A stretch of 45,738 nucleotides of DNA, from NCBI GenBank assembly GCA_038885615.1, contig JAVZZP010000004.1:1-45738 (forward strand). The letters are read 5' to 3'. The translations under genes and the position numbers were made by a program. Below, piece by piece: positions 26,517 through 36,352 of the stretch (positions are counted from its first letter, which is position 1; every line of letters begins with the position of its first letter). The notes beneath the pieces are model-generated. The model worked only from the letters and a program-made list of their open reading frames with translations, did not search any database and was not told where the DNA came from. The stretch comes from Candidatus Pacearchaeota archaeon. GTDB lineage: Archaea; Nanobdellota; Nanobdellia; Pacearchaeales; GW2011-AR1.

Positions 26517-26867
26517 TTAAGAAGATTTCTTTTTTTTGTAATAATTTCTTAGGATATTTACTCTTGCTGTTGCCTTTTGTAGCTTATGCTTTGCTTTTTT
26601 ATCTTGTATGTGCTTTTTTAGATGCTGCTGGAGATTATCTAATTTCTTTTCTGCATTTTGTAAATCTTCGTTCTCCCAGAGATTTATTTCCTTTAAGTAA
26701 AAAGAAAGCGGCTTCCCAAAAACTGCTTTAGTGCTTGGAACTCCGTGCTGATCTCTCAAAATTTTTCCTATTACTGAAGGCGGATATTTGTCTGCTAAAT
26801 CTTTAATTATTTTTCTAAGTTCATTCTCATCTATCTTTAACCATTCAGGTTTCAATGACTTCTCCAT
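26517..26867 (-). CDS. rps15: 30S ribosomal protein S15 (uS15/S13e), N-terminally short
   Basis: PEWL, PSVIGKILRDQHGVP, HLKKHIQDK, NYYK. Confidence 0.9.
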   Translation of the reverse strand: MEKSLKPEWLKIDENELRKIIKDLADKYPPSVIGKILRDQHGVPSTKAVFGKPLSFYLKEINLWENEDLQNAEKKLDNLQQHLKKHIQDKKAKHKLQKATARVNILRNYYKKKKSS

Positions 26868-26899
26868 GATTTTCTTTATAAAAAATGCTTTTTAAAGTT

Positions 26900-28552
26900 T
26901 TACATTTCTTCAATTTCTTTAATGCCTAAAAGATTCAAAGAGATTTTTAATGTTTTTCTAAAAGCATCGACAAGCGCTATTCTGTAAGATTCCTCCTTGC
27001 TTCCTATAATTTGATGTGCATGATAAAATTCATTAAAAGATTGGCAAAGTTCAAAAGAATAGTTTGCTATTAAGTTTGGAGAAAGATTTTTTAAAGAAGA
27101 TTCAACTACGCTATCAAAAGAATAAATTTTCTTCAGCAATTTTTCTTCTTCTTTGTTTATGTCTATAATCTTAAACTTTTTTTCTCCCCTGAATTTCCTT
27201 ATAATACTTGATGCCCTGGCATATGAATAAAGCAAATATGGTCCGGTGTTCCCTTCAAACTCCAAAAATTTTTCTATATCAAAAACAGCGTCTATTTCTC
27301 GATAATTTTTAAGGTCTCCATAAATTATTGCTGCTCTTGCTATTAAAGAAGCCCTTTTTTCAACCTCTTCTTTATTTATTGATGGATCTCTTTGAATTAT
27401 TCTTTCTTTTGCCAAATTTTTTGTCTTTTCTATGATATCTTCCATAAAAATAGTTTTTCCTTCTCTTGTAGAGAATTTTTTTCCTGTGCTATCTAAATAG
27501 AGGCCATGGGAGACATGAAAGCAGCTTTTGCAAAAATCAAAGCCACAAATTTCTAAAATTTTAAATAATTGTTTGAAGTGTAATTTCTGTTCTTGGCCAA
27601 CCTCGTAAATCATCTTATCAAAGTTGTATTTTTGAAATCTGTCCAAAGCAGCAGCCAAATCCCTTGTAATATAAGGCAAAGCCCCATCTTTTTTTTCTAT
27701 TATAGCAATCCCAAGACCAAATTTCTCTAAATCAACTATTTTTGCGCCTTCGCTTTCTTTGATTAATCCTTTTTCTTCTAGAATTTTTATAAATTTTCTA
27801 GCTTTTTCATTGTAAAAAGACTCTCCAGAAATTTCATCAAATTTTAAATCAAAAAAATCATAAATTTCATAAAACTTTTTTAAGCTTAATTCCTTAAACT
27901 CTTTCCATAGCTTTAAATTCTCTTTGTCTCCCTCTTCTAATTTTTTGAACTCCTTTCTCCCTTCTTCCTCGTATTCTTCGTTATTTGCTTTAACATAAAT
28001 CTCTAAAAGATGTTTTATTGGGTCTTTTTTGAGTTTTTCTTTGTCGCCCCACTTTTTATAGCCAAAAATCAGTTTTCCAAACTGAGTACCCCAGTCCCCT
28101 AAATAATTGATGCGAACTACTCTCCAACCAGAATATTCAAAAATATTTCCAAGCGCATTTCCGATTATTGTGCTTCTCAAATGCCCTATTCCGAAGGGTT
28201 TAGCAATATTTGGTGAAGAAAAATCAATAACAAGGGTTTTATTTTGTTTATATTTTTTATTTTTTCCTTTAAAAACTTTATTTGCAATGAAGTTTATATT
28301 CAGAAAAAAATTAACATAAGCAGATTTTAATTCAACTCTTTGAATTTCTTCTGGCAGCTCTTTTCTTAATTTTTCATAAAGCTCCTGTGCTATTAAAAGA
28401 GGGCTCTTTTTTTCTATTTTTGCTAAAGAAAAACAAGGAAAAGCATAATCTCCAAGCTCTTCCGAGGGAGGAATTTCAATTATTTTTTCAATTTCTTCTC
28501 TTGAAAAATCCCTAATATGTTTTTTTAAAATTGCAGATATAACTTCTTTCAT
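26900..28552 (-). CDS. argS: Arginyl-tRNA synthetase
   Basis: GDYA, FSSPNIAKPFGIGHLRSTIIG, NYLGDWGTQFG, KFSTREG, GNTGPYLLYSYAR. Confidence 0.96.
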   Translation of the reverse strand: MKEVISAILKKHIRDFSREEIEKIIEIPPSEELGDYAFPCFSLAKIEKKSPLLIAQELYEKLRKELPEEIQRVELKSAYVNFFLNINFIANKVFKGKNKKYKQNKTLVIDFSSPNIAKPFGIGHLRSTIIGNALGNIFEYSGWRVVRINYLGDWGTQFGKLIFGYKKWGDKEKLKKDPIKHLLEIYVKANNEEYEEEGRKEFKKLEEGDKENLKLWKEFKELSLKKFYEIYDFFDLKFDEISGESFYNEKARKFIKILEEKGLIKESEGAKIVDLEKFGLGIAIIEKKDGALPYITRDLAAALDRFQKYNFDKMIYEVGQEQKLHFKQLFKILEICGFDFCKSCFHVSHGLYLDSTGKKFSTREGKTIFMEDIIEKTKNLAKERIIQRDPSINKEEVEKRASLIARAAIIYGDLKNYREIDAVFDIEKFLEFEGNTGPYLLYSYARASSIIRKFRGEKKFKIIDINKEEEKLLKKIYSFDSVVESSLKNLSPNLIANYSFELCQSFNEFYHAHQIIGSKEESYRIALVDAFRKTLKISLNLLGIKEIEEM

Positions 28553-28594
28553 AAAGATAAGAGAAAAAAGGTCTTTAAAAAACTAATTAAAAAA

Positions 28595-28675
28595 CGCCCG
28601 CACTGGGAATCGAACCCAGGAGCCCCGAAGGGCGTGGATTAGCAATCCACTGCAATACCACTATGCGATGCGGGC
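28595..28675 (-). tRNA. tRNA-Ser(GCU)
   Basis: GCCCGCA/TGCGGGC acceptor stem, G73, GTGGA-TT GCT AA-TCCAC, long variable arm GCCC-TTCG-GGGC. Confidence 0.95.
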
Positions 28676-28701
28676 TTAAAAAGATAAATCTTAATTGCTT
28701 T

Positions 28702-29658
28702 TTAAGTTTGTTGCTCAATAGACATTTTAACTATATTGTTCTCATAAGAGTATTCTTTAGTAAAAGAGAATATTCTAAAAGAGATTGATTTTGTTTTAGG
28801 GTTTTTCAAGAAGAGATTTTGAACTTCTAAGCTCTTTGTATATCCTGAAGAAATATCCCCAAGAGAATAAACTTTTATTTCGTCTTTCTCATCATTTATA
28901 AATAAAGAAACATTTTTTGCTTCTATAATGCCAGTATTTTTTACTTCTACAGAGAAATCTAAATATGCTCCTTTTTTAATAGCAGAAGAATTAACAAAAA
29001 AAAGTTCTGCCTTTGGACTTACTGAATAAATATTCTTTAAATCACTTATTATTTCTTTATCTAGTCGCTGATTGCACTTCAAATAAGGGTAAAGAACCGA
29101 TTTCTCTTCTTTAAAATGCTCGTAACCAAATACGTGAAGAAGCTCATGGAGTTCAACAATAGGATAATTGCAATCTTCAATTTTTTCTTTTGAATAAAGC
29201 TTTATTTCTCCTTGCAAAATTAAAGGATAAGGCGTTAAATTAAGAAATTTTGATGGCCCGCCCTCTCCTGCTATAAAGGTTCTTTTATTCTCTTCGCTCT
29301 CTTTTTCAATTAATTTATCAGAACAAAAAACTAAAATATCAGCAGAATTATCTTTTATTTCATAAAAAGATATAATTTCTGTTTCGTTTTGAATGATATC
29401 AAAGGAGTTTTTCATTCTATTCATATTATCTTCCAAACAATCTTCATAAAAATAATAAGAAAGATTGTTTTTAGAAAATCTCATATTTTGAACAAATTGT
29501 TTTAGATAAGATGAAGCATTAACTTCTATCTCTTTTTTTTCAGATATTATGAAAAAAGATTTTTCTTCTATTGGGAGATAATTCTTATACAAGTAAAAAG
29601 AAAAATAACCCAAGAACAAAACAAAAAAGAGAAGAATAAAAAGACTTATTGCCCTCAT
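28702..29658 (-). CDS. Membrane-anchored metzincin metalloprotease with C-terminal CARDB-like domain
   Basis: N-terminal TM, AGEGGP, HELLHVFGYEH, SVLYP turn, VKNTG..AKNV. Confidence 0.8.
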   Translation of the reverse strand: MRAISLFILLFFVLFLGYFSFYLYKNYLPIEEKSFFIISEKKEIEVNASSYLKQFVQNMRFSKNNLSYYFYEDCLEDNMNRMKNSFDIIQNETEIISFYEIKDNSADILVFCSDKLIEKESEENKRTFIAGEGGPSKFLNLTPYPLILQGEIKLYSKEKIEDCNYPIVELHELLHVFGYEHFKEEKSVLYPYLKCNQRLDKEIISDLKNIYSVSPKAELFFVNSSAIKKGAYLDFSVEVKNTGIIEAKNVSLFINDEKDEIKVYSLGDISSGYTKSLEVQNLFLKNPKTKSISFRIFSFTKEYSYENNIVKMSIEQQT

Positions 29659-30041
29659 GAGAAGTTATCTAAATACCCCTTATACTTAAATTTTTTGTGA
29701 TTTTCTTCAACAGATTTTTCATTTACTTTATTATGGTGTATAAATCCGCCACCGAAAGATTTTGGAATATGCATAAGTTCGTGAATTAAAACTTTTTCTT
29801 TATCTTCTTCATTTAATTTATCAAATCTCTCAGAAATTACCTCTATCACATAAAAACTTTTTCTTTCCATAGCAATTTGCATTGCTTTTCCAAGGCCATG
29901 ACATCTTGCTATTGTTCTTTTAGTTGAAGAACCAAAACTCCTCAAAAAACCAACATTGTTTAGGTCAATATGGTTCCAATTCATTTTTTTAACTATTTTT
30001 TCTGCAAGTTCTTTTAAGTCGTTTGCTTTTTCATATTTCAT
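29655..30041 (-). CDS. Small zinc metallopeptidase-like protein
   Basis: KVLIHELMHIP motif; ARCHGL. Confidence 0.75.
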   Translation of the reverse strand: MKYEKANDLKELAEKIVKKMNWNHIDLNNVGFLRSFGSSTKRTIARCHGLGKAMQIAMERKSFYVIEVISERFDKLNEEDKEKVLIHELMHIPKSFGGGFIHHNKVNEKSVEENHKKFKYKGYLDNFS

Positions 30042-30258
30042 CTTTTACCTCTATTATTTTATTTTTTGATGTTAAACCATTTTTTATTTTTATTCTTTTT
30101 TCAGAAACATTAAAATATGAAGATAACAATTTTACAAGTTCGATATTTGCCTTGTTTTTTTCTGCTTCTGACCTTAAAAAGACTAAAAAATCACTACCCC
30201 CTAATTGGATTATTTTTTGTTCTTTTGAGTTTGGTTTTACTTTAACAAAAATTTTCAT
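30031..30258 (-). CDS. DUF167/UPF0235 family protein
   Basis: VKVKPNSK, KANIELVKLL, GLTSKNK. Confidence 0.85.
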   Translation of the reverse strand: MKIFVKVKPNSKEQKIIQLGGSDFLVFLRSEAEKNKANIELVKLLSSYFNVSEKRIKIKNGLTSKNKIIEVKDEI

Positions 30259-30334
30259 ATTATGTAATAATACTCTTAATTTTTATACTTTCTTATTAAG
30301 ATAAATTTAAAAAAGCAACTTTTCAAATAAAATT

Positions 30335-30955
30335 ATGATATTTATTCTTCTTGGTCCGCAAGGTTGTGGAAAAGGAACTCAGGCAAAAATTCTTTCTGAA
30401 AAGCTAAAATTGCCTCATATTTCTATGGGAGATTTACTTAGAGGTTTAACGGGCGAATTAAAAGAAAAAGTAGATCAAATAATTAATAAAGGAGAGCTTG
30501 TTCCAGCTGAATTGACGATAAAAATCCTAAAAGAAAGAATTTCTAAGGAAGACTGCAAAAAAGGATTTATTTTAGATGGTTTTCCACGGAATTTAGAACA
30601 AGCAAAACTTTTAAAGAATATATGTGAAATAGAAAAAATTATCAAGATAAATATTCCCGACGAAGAGTCAATAAAAAGAATCTCTGGAAGAAGAGTTTGC
30701 CCTAAATGCAAGTTTAACTTTAATATTTACACAGAACCAAAACCAAAAAAGGAAGGATTTTGTGATTTCTGCAATGTTCCTCTAATTCAACGCGAAGATG
30801 ATAAAGAAGAATTTGTCAAAAGAAGATTGGAAATTTATCATAAAGAAACTAATCCTATTCTGGAATTTTATAAAGGGAAAGTTAGTGAGATAGACGGGCT
30901 AGGATCAATAGAAGAGGTCTCAGAAAGAATTCTCAGCGTATTAGAAAAGAGTTGA
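30335..30955 (+). CDS. adk: Adenylate kinase (bacterial-type, Zn-LID)
   Basis: GPQGCGKGTQ, SMGDLLR, LDGFPR, CPKC..CDFC, QREDD. Confidence 0.93.
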   Translation: MIFILLGPQGCGKGTQAKILSEKLKLPHISMGDLLRGLTGELKEKVDQIINKGELVPAELTIKILKERISKEDCKKGFILDGFPRNLEQAKLLKNICEIEKIIKINIPDEESIKRISGRRVCPKCKFNFNIYTEPKPKKEGFCDFCNVPLIQREDDKEEFVKRRLEIYHKETNPILEFYKGKVSEIDGLGSIEEVSERILSVLEKS

Positions 30956-31004
30956 TATTATTAAGTGTAATAATCTTTTTAAAGATTAATTTATTAACAA
31001 AAGA

Positions 31005-31346
31005 ATGAATAAACTAGAAATTGATGAAAAGGCTCGGGAAAGAATAAGAAAAATAATAGAAGATTTTGGAATATTGGATTTTTCTTATGCTGCTCTTGTT
31101 TACGGATTATCAAAAGTTTTTAGATTTAAACCGCAGACAATTATAAGAGTTTTGGAAGAAAACGGATTACCTAGAACTATTGAAGACTTATCAAAGGCTA
31201 ATCCTTACTTTTATTTAAGTGCCTCTGAAACATTAGAAGAAATGTATCTTTCTAGAAGACCTCTTAGTTGTATTGGCGATTTTTTTCCTCACGAAAAAAG
31301 AAGAAATTGTTACAAAGATTTAGTTGAACATTTACAAGCTAGCTGA
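31005..31346 (+). CDS. Hypothetical protein
   Basis: ORF fills the gap; TTTTTAAA about 22 nt upstream; no recognisable motif. Confidence 0.5.
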   Translation: MNKLEIDEKARERIRKIIEDFGILDFSYAALVYGLSKVFRFKPQTIIRVLEENGLPRTIEDLSKANPYFYLSASETLEEMYLSRRPLSCIGDFFPHEKRRNCYKDLVEHLQAS

Positions 31347-32531
31347 TTATTTAGAAGAAACAATCTCGATTCCGTCGCGGTGTTTTAATATATGTTCTTT
31401 GCCAACGGCTTGTTTTGTTCTCGCATCAATTGCTTTAATAAAATTCTTCCCTAAATCTGTATGAATCTTGTAAGCAAAATCCAAGGCAGTTGTACCTTGG
31501 GGAACTAAAAAGCAATCTGGCAAAATTCTTCCTTGAGAGTCAGCTAGTTTATGAACACCTGCAGGAAAAACAGCAATATAATTCAGCAAAGAAAAAACAA
31601 CAAAATCCAAAATTTCTTGAACTCCTGTTCCGTTGTATTTTTCTAGAACATTTTTTCTAATAAACTCTAGGGCTTGTTTTTGCCTTTCGTTTAAATCCCC
31701 AACAACTTCAAAATTCTTGTCCCCCGGTTTATACTTTATAAGCCCTGCTTTTACTGCTTGTCTTAAAGAAAGCTCAGCATCTGCTGAGCAAGGAATAATT
31801 GTGTAACTAGGAAATTCTTTTTTTAGCTTATAAAACCATTCCTCTGCTCCAGGCTTGTCAATTTTGTTTGCTGCTATTAACATAGGCTTTGTCATTACTC
31901 TTAGTTCGTGAGCAAATTCTTTAAGTTGTTCAGAAGACCATTTTTCCGGATTTTCAATGTCAAATTTTAGCTTTTTCATAGCTCTTTCAACATTTTCTTC
32001 CTTGACATTAATTCCAGAAAACTGCTTTGCTACTGCCTTAACAAAATCAGATTTTTCTGTTTGTATTTTTCTAGCAAAAACATTCCAAGCTTTGTTAAGA
32101 ATGCCAAAAAACCATAAATCCAACTCTTTTTCTAACATTCTAACATCTTTTATCGGATTACCTTGGCCTTCTCTTCCTTCGTCGTCAGTTGTTCCAGAAA
32201 CATCAACTATTTGGATTAAAGCATCTGCCAAAGATAAATCATTTAAAAATTGATTCCCAAGACCTTTTCCTTCAGAAGCTCCTTCGATTAATCCTGCTAC
32301 ATCCATCAGTTCTACAGGTACAAAACGAGTTTCTCCGTCACAACTTCCTGTTCTTGGAGTGCATTTAACTCCAAGCTCATTACAAATACATTTTACTCTA
32401 ACATAAGCAATTCCGTTGTTTGGCTTTATCGTCGCAAAAGGATAGGGAGCAATTAAAACATCCATAAGCGTCGCTGCCTTAAAAAAAGTTGATTTCCCAC
32501 AAGAAGGTTTTCCTACAAGTCCTATTAACAT
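31347..32531 (-). CDS. ychF: YchF/Obg family redox-regulated ATPase
   Basis: GKPSCGKST, YPFAT, DVAGL..GLGNQFL, NKID, C-terminal TGS domain; ATG 32531 preferred to TTG 32546. Confidence 0.92.
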   Translation of the reverse strand: MLIGLVGKPSCGKSTFFKAATLMDVLIAPYPFATIKPNNGIAYVRVKCICNELGVKCTPRTGSCDGETRFVPVELMDVAGLIEGASEGKGLGNQFLNDLSLADALIQIVDVSGTTDDEGREGQGNPIKDVRMLEKELDLWFFGILNKAWNVFARKIQTEKSDFVKAVAKQFSGINVKEENVERAMKKLKFDIENPEKWSSEQLKEFAHELRVMTKPMLIAANKIDKPGAEEWFYKLKKEFPSYTIIPCSADAELSLRQAVKAGLIKYKPGDKNFEVVGDLNERQKQALEFIRKNVLEKYNGTGVQEILDFVVFSLLNYIAVFPAGVHKLADSQGRILPDCFLVPQGTTALDFAYKIHTDLGKNFIKAIDARTKQAVGKEHILKHRDGIEIVSSK

Positions 32532-32610
32532 TTTTCTTCTAATCAAAACAAATTTATAAGTTTTTGTATAGAATTAAAAGATTTTTAAATTGTCTTTGTT
32601 AATAATAAGG

Positions 32611-33575
32611 ATGATAGAATTTTTCTTAATTTTTCTTGGAATTTTTTTATTAATCAAATGAGCGGATTATCTCGTAGAAGGTTCTTCTTCACTTGCTAAA
32701 AAATTCAGATTTTCATCACTAGTTATTGGTCTTACAATTGTTGCTTTTGAAACATCAATGCCTGAATTAGTTGTTAATTTAATCGCCGCAATTAAAGATA
32801 ATGGTAAGATAGCATTTTGGAATATAGTAGGTAGCAATATTGCAAACATACTCCTAATCTTAGGAGTAACTCCTACAATTACAAGCTTAAAATTTCATCG
32901 TTCTACTATTTGGAAAGAGATTCCTTTCTCTCTTTTAGCAGCTTTTTTTCTTTTTGTTTTTGCTAACACTAGAGTTCTTGATAAAATTAGTTTAGACTCT
33001 CTTTTTAGATTTCAAGGAATAATTGCTTTTATTTTTTTGTATTTTTATAGTTTATATATCTGAACTAATGAAAAAAAAATAAAGAAAAATCAAAAGACGA
33101 AATCATGAATATTAAGAATCTCTCTTTTCAAAAGATTTTTGTTTATATTGTTGTAGGACTAATCTCTCTTTATTTTGGCGGAAAATTCGCAGTAGAAGGT
33201 ACAGTCGCCTTAGCAAAATTATTTGGAATAAGTGAATATTTTATATCCCTTACAATAATTGCTGTCGAAACCTCCCTACCAGAATTATTTACTTCAATTA
33301 TTGCCGCTATAAAAAAAGATGCTGATTTGGCTGTTGGAAATGCCCTCGGAAACAATATTTTTAATATATTTTGGATATTAGGTATAAGCTCTTTAATCAT
33401 TCCAATAAAAATACCTTCTTTTGCAATAATTGACCTTTTAATCTTGTTAAGCGTAACCTTCTTGTTATTTATATTCATGTTTATTGGAAAAAAACACGAG
33501 TTAGAAAGATGGCAGGCAATTATTTTTGTTTTGATGTATATTATTTACATTTATTATCTAGTTATTAGAGGTTAA
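32611..33575 (+). pseudogene. Ca2+/Na+ antiporter (YrbG/CaCA family) pseudogene
   Basis: MIEF..LLIK*ADYLVEG with in-frame TGA at 32659, frame changes near 33024 and in the A-run 33071-33079; degraded alpha repeats ETSMPE/ETSLPE. Confidence 0.88.
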
Positions 33576-33945
33576 TCAATAGAATACGTTCTTCCCATCT
33601 TCCATTCCGGCAAAACTTGAAAAACCCCTTCTTTGCTTATATCAACAACGGGCGCAGTGTATGATAAATTTTCCCATTTGAATAGACTCTTGCAGGGTTT
33701 TGGGCTTCTACTAATATCAAATTGCCTAAAAATGTCTACAGAATTTCCAACAAATTTTCTTTAGATTTGCCCATAAGGAATAGCCCCTTCTTCAAAATTT
33801 CCTAGATTTCTGTCTACTTCTGTGTTATCTATTAAATAACTTAGACCTAAACCCTTTCTATTGTTTGACCTTGCCCTACTCTTTCTATAACTCTGCCAGG
33901 AAATTCTCTTGACAACCATCTTAAAATATTTGTTTTATTTTCCAT
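33572..33945 (-). pseudogene. Fragmented hypothetical gene
   Basis: TTTATAAA 33967-33974 about 22 nt before ATG 33945; coding-like frames are broken by stops and shifts and end at TAA 33572. Confidence 0.45.
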
Positions 33946-34051
33946 AACTAAAAGAATCTTCTTTTATTTATAAATCTTTTATTTTGTTACTACTAGAATA
34001 ATACAAATATTTTAAATTAATTTTTTTAAACCTCAAATTATTAAATCATTA

Positions 34052-34351
34052 ATGAACCCGGGAGACTATATTTACGCTATAGTAAGTTATTACAAGAATC
34101 CCAGAAAAAAAGGATTCAAAGCTGAAGAAAGAATAGTAAGGGTTGGAACAAGAGAAGAGGACATTGTCGTAAATAATTTTTATCTTTTTAAAGATTCTTC
34201 TAGAAACCGCGTCTTGAGAATGGAGTTTCATTCAAGAGATAATGGTGGAATATGGGCTTCTATTGAGGATAGTTTTGAAAATAAAAGAGTTTTTTCTTTT
34301 ATTCCCCTAGATTCTTTAGTTGGACCAAGTGAAGTTGTAGCACCAAATTAA
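34052..34351 (+). CDS. Hypothetical protein
   Basis: 99-aa ORF with TTTTTAAA about 22 nt upstream. Confidence 0.5.
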   Translation: MNPGDYIYAIVSYYKNPRKKGFKAEERIVRVGTREEDIVVNNFYLFKDSSRNRVLRMEFHSRDNGGIWASIEDSFENKRVFSFIPLDSLVGPSEVVAPN

Positions 34352-34391
34352 TTAAATTTAAAAAACCTTCTAGCTTTAATCTAAAAGAAAA

Positions 34392-34507
34392 GAGCCCGTA
34401 GCTTAGCCCGGTAGAGCACCGCTCTTATAAGAAACTTTTCATTGAAAAGGAATCTCTTAGGTTTCTAAGAGAGGCGGGGGTCCCAGGTTCAAATCCTGGC
34501 GGGCTCA
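34392..34507 (+). tRNA. tRNA-Ile(UAU) with 42-nt intron (34430-34471) at 37/38
   Basis: GAGCCCG/CGGGCTC stem, A73, anticodon TAT 34426-34428; canonical BHB with CTTA/TAAG helix, bulges TAA and AGA, GAAAC/GTTTC outer helix. Confidence 0.93.
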
Positions 34508-34551
34508 TTCTTTAACATATATTTATGAGAATAAAATAAAAAAGAAGATTA

Positions 34552-35496
34552 TTATTTTTTGCATAAAGCTAAGGCAAAATTCTTTTTGTCTGAAACAAAA
34601 AGTTCAACCTCGCTAAAATAAGTAGTCAAAACCTCATATAGTTTTTGCTCTGTGTATTTATAAGAAACAGCAATAATAACAGAATCTCCATTAGAAAACT
34701 TTATTTTTCCAATCTCGTAGTCTTTTTTAATTTCAAAGAGCATTTCTACTCTGTCTTGTTTAAATCTTGCAAAGTAAAAAGTATCTTTTTTGTTTATTCC
34801 CAATATTTCTAAAGGTTTAACTAAAAGACTAGCAATTAACTTGTTGTTTGCGTAATACTCAACCATTTTTTTACGACTCGGATGAGATAACTTGTTTCCT
34901 ATCAAAAGAACATCCTCGTCCTTCATACCTCTTCTTATTTCGTGTAAAATCTCATGTATATCGGAATTTTCAAGATTTCCGCCAAGAAGAAGTAAAAGAT
35001 TTTTTCTAAATTCTTTGTTTCTTATGAATCTCTCAATTTTTGAAATATCCAAGAAATCAATAAGATTATTGTCATCTCTAACAACAGTTACACCTTTAAT
35101 TTTTGAAAGGCTCTTATAAGCTTCCAAAAGCATAAATGCGTTTATGTCAATTGGAAAATATCTTATTTTATGTTTTTTGCTTATTATTTTAATCAAAGAA
35201 AAGGCCTTCTTGCCATCACCACAGCCCAAATCAACAACATTAATATTTTTTTCTGCCAAAGTGTTAGAAATATTTTTTGAATATTTTCTTAATAGTTTAA
35301 TCTCTTCATTAACAAACATTCTTTGTTTCTCGTCTATTTTCTCTAATTTTATAAATTCCTTCGCCTGATCTTCTGTTAAATACCATAGCCTTGAATCAGA
35401 AACATTCCATACTTTTTTTCCTTTCTCTAAGGAATATCCTCTTTTTATTAGCTCCTGCATAATAACTTCTCTAGCTTTTTCTTTTTTTGAATACAT
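34552..35496 (-). CDS. SAM methyltransferase, EgtD/Methyltransf_33-like
   Basis: WYLT, VVDLGCGDGKK, YFPIDIN, LLGGNLEN, RVEM, SYKY. Confidence 0.75.
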   Translation of the reverse strand: MYSKKEKAREVIMQELIKRGYSLEKGKKVWNVSDSRLWYLTEDQAKEFIKLEKIDEKQRMFVNEEIKLLRKYSKNISNTLAEKNINVVDLGCGDGKKAFSLIKIISKKHKIRYFPIDINAFMLLEAYKSLSKIKGVTVVRDDNNLIDFLDISKIERFIRNKEFRKNLLLLLGGNLENSDIHEILHEIRRGMKDEDVLLIGNKLSHPSRKKMVEYYANNKLIASLLVKPLEILGINKKDTFYFARFKQDRVEMLFEIKKDYEIGKIKFSNGDSVIIAVSYKYTEQKLYEVLTTYFSEVELFVSDKKNFALALCKK

Positions 35497-35596
35497 AAAA
35501 GAATAAAGAATTCTTTCCTTTTAAGTCTTTCTTATTTTGTACAAAAATGTCTCTTAAACAAAAAGTTTAAAAGTTTAGTTAAACCGAATAATTTGT

Positions 35597-35669
35597 GCTC
35601 CCTTAGTCTAGAGGCCAAGGACACAGCCCTTTCACGGCTGTAACCCGGGTTCGAATCCCGGAGGGAGCG
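35597..35669 (+). tRNA. tRNA-Glu(UUC)
   Basis: GCTCCCT/AGGGAGC stem; CAGCC-CT TTC AC-GGCTG; GTTCGAATC. Confidence 0.96.
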
Positions 35670-35678
35670 TTTCTTATA

Positions 35679-36308
35679 ATGATAAAATTAAAAATAAACA
35701 ATATAAAAGAAGAGAATTATAACACAAAAACATTTTTTCTAGAAAAACCAGAAAATTTTTCTTTTATTCCAGGACAACACGTAGAATTGAAAATTCCAAA
35801 AAAAGATGAAATAAAGCCATTTACTCTATCATCAATTCCCCAGGATAATTTTATTTCTTTAACTATAAAAAATGTTAGTGAGAATACAGAGAAGATTTTT
35901 GAACTGAAAGAAGGAGATTTTTTAGAGATTAATGGACCATTCGGAGAAAAATTGAAATTTAATCAGGATAAGAATAAACTACTATATTTTGCTGCTGGAA
36001 GCGGAATAACGCCCTTTATAAGCCATTTTAGATTTATCAAAAATGAAAAATTAAAAAAAGAGGCCATTCTTTTTTACTCAAATAAAACCTTCGAAGATAT
36101 AATTTTTTTTAAAGAACTTAAAAGTTTTGATTTTTTAAAGACAATATTCATTCTGACAAGAGAAAAAAAAGAAGGATTTTATTATGGATATTTAACAAAA
36201 GAAATAATAACTAACACAATAAAAAACAAAATTGATATTTACAAAATATATGTCTGCGGAACAGAAAAATTTGAAAAAAGCGTGATTGAACTCTTAGAAT
36301 CCATTTGA
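35679..36308 (+). CDS. FNR-family FAD/NAD(P) oxidoreductase
   Basis: PGQH, KPFTLSS, GPFG, AAGSGITPF, YVCG. Confidence 0.85.
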   Translation: MIKLKINNIKEENYNTKTFFLEKPENFSFIPGQHVELKIPKKDEIKPFTLSSIPQDNFISLTIKNVSENTEKIFELKEGDFLEINGPFGEKLKFNQDKNKLLYFAAGSGITPFISHFRFIKNEKLKKEAILFYSNKTFEDIIFFKELKSFDFLKTIFILTREKKEGFYYGYLTKEIITNTIKNKIDIYKIYVCGTEKFEKSVIELLESI

Positions 36309-36310
36309 TT

Positions 36311-36346
36311 AAAAAAAGAAAAAAGCCGAAAAAATAAAAAACGGCT
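36311..36346 (-). terminator. Hairpin plus T-tract after EF-1a
   Basis: AGCCG (36324-36328) / CGGCT (36342-36346) stem followed on the minus strand by TTTTTTCTTTTTTT. Confidence 0.5.
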
Positions 36347-36352
36347 AAAAAA

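Noticed and set aside
28190-28201. ArgRS GIGH instead of HIGH
   Set aside because: First-position variation is known in ArgRS and all other motifs are intact.
32659-32661. In-frame TGA at a Gly position, suggesting UGA recoding
   Set aside because: TGA ends hisS, psmA and adk at their normal C-termini, and this gene has other lesions.
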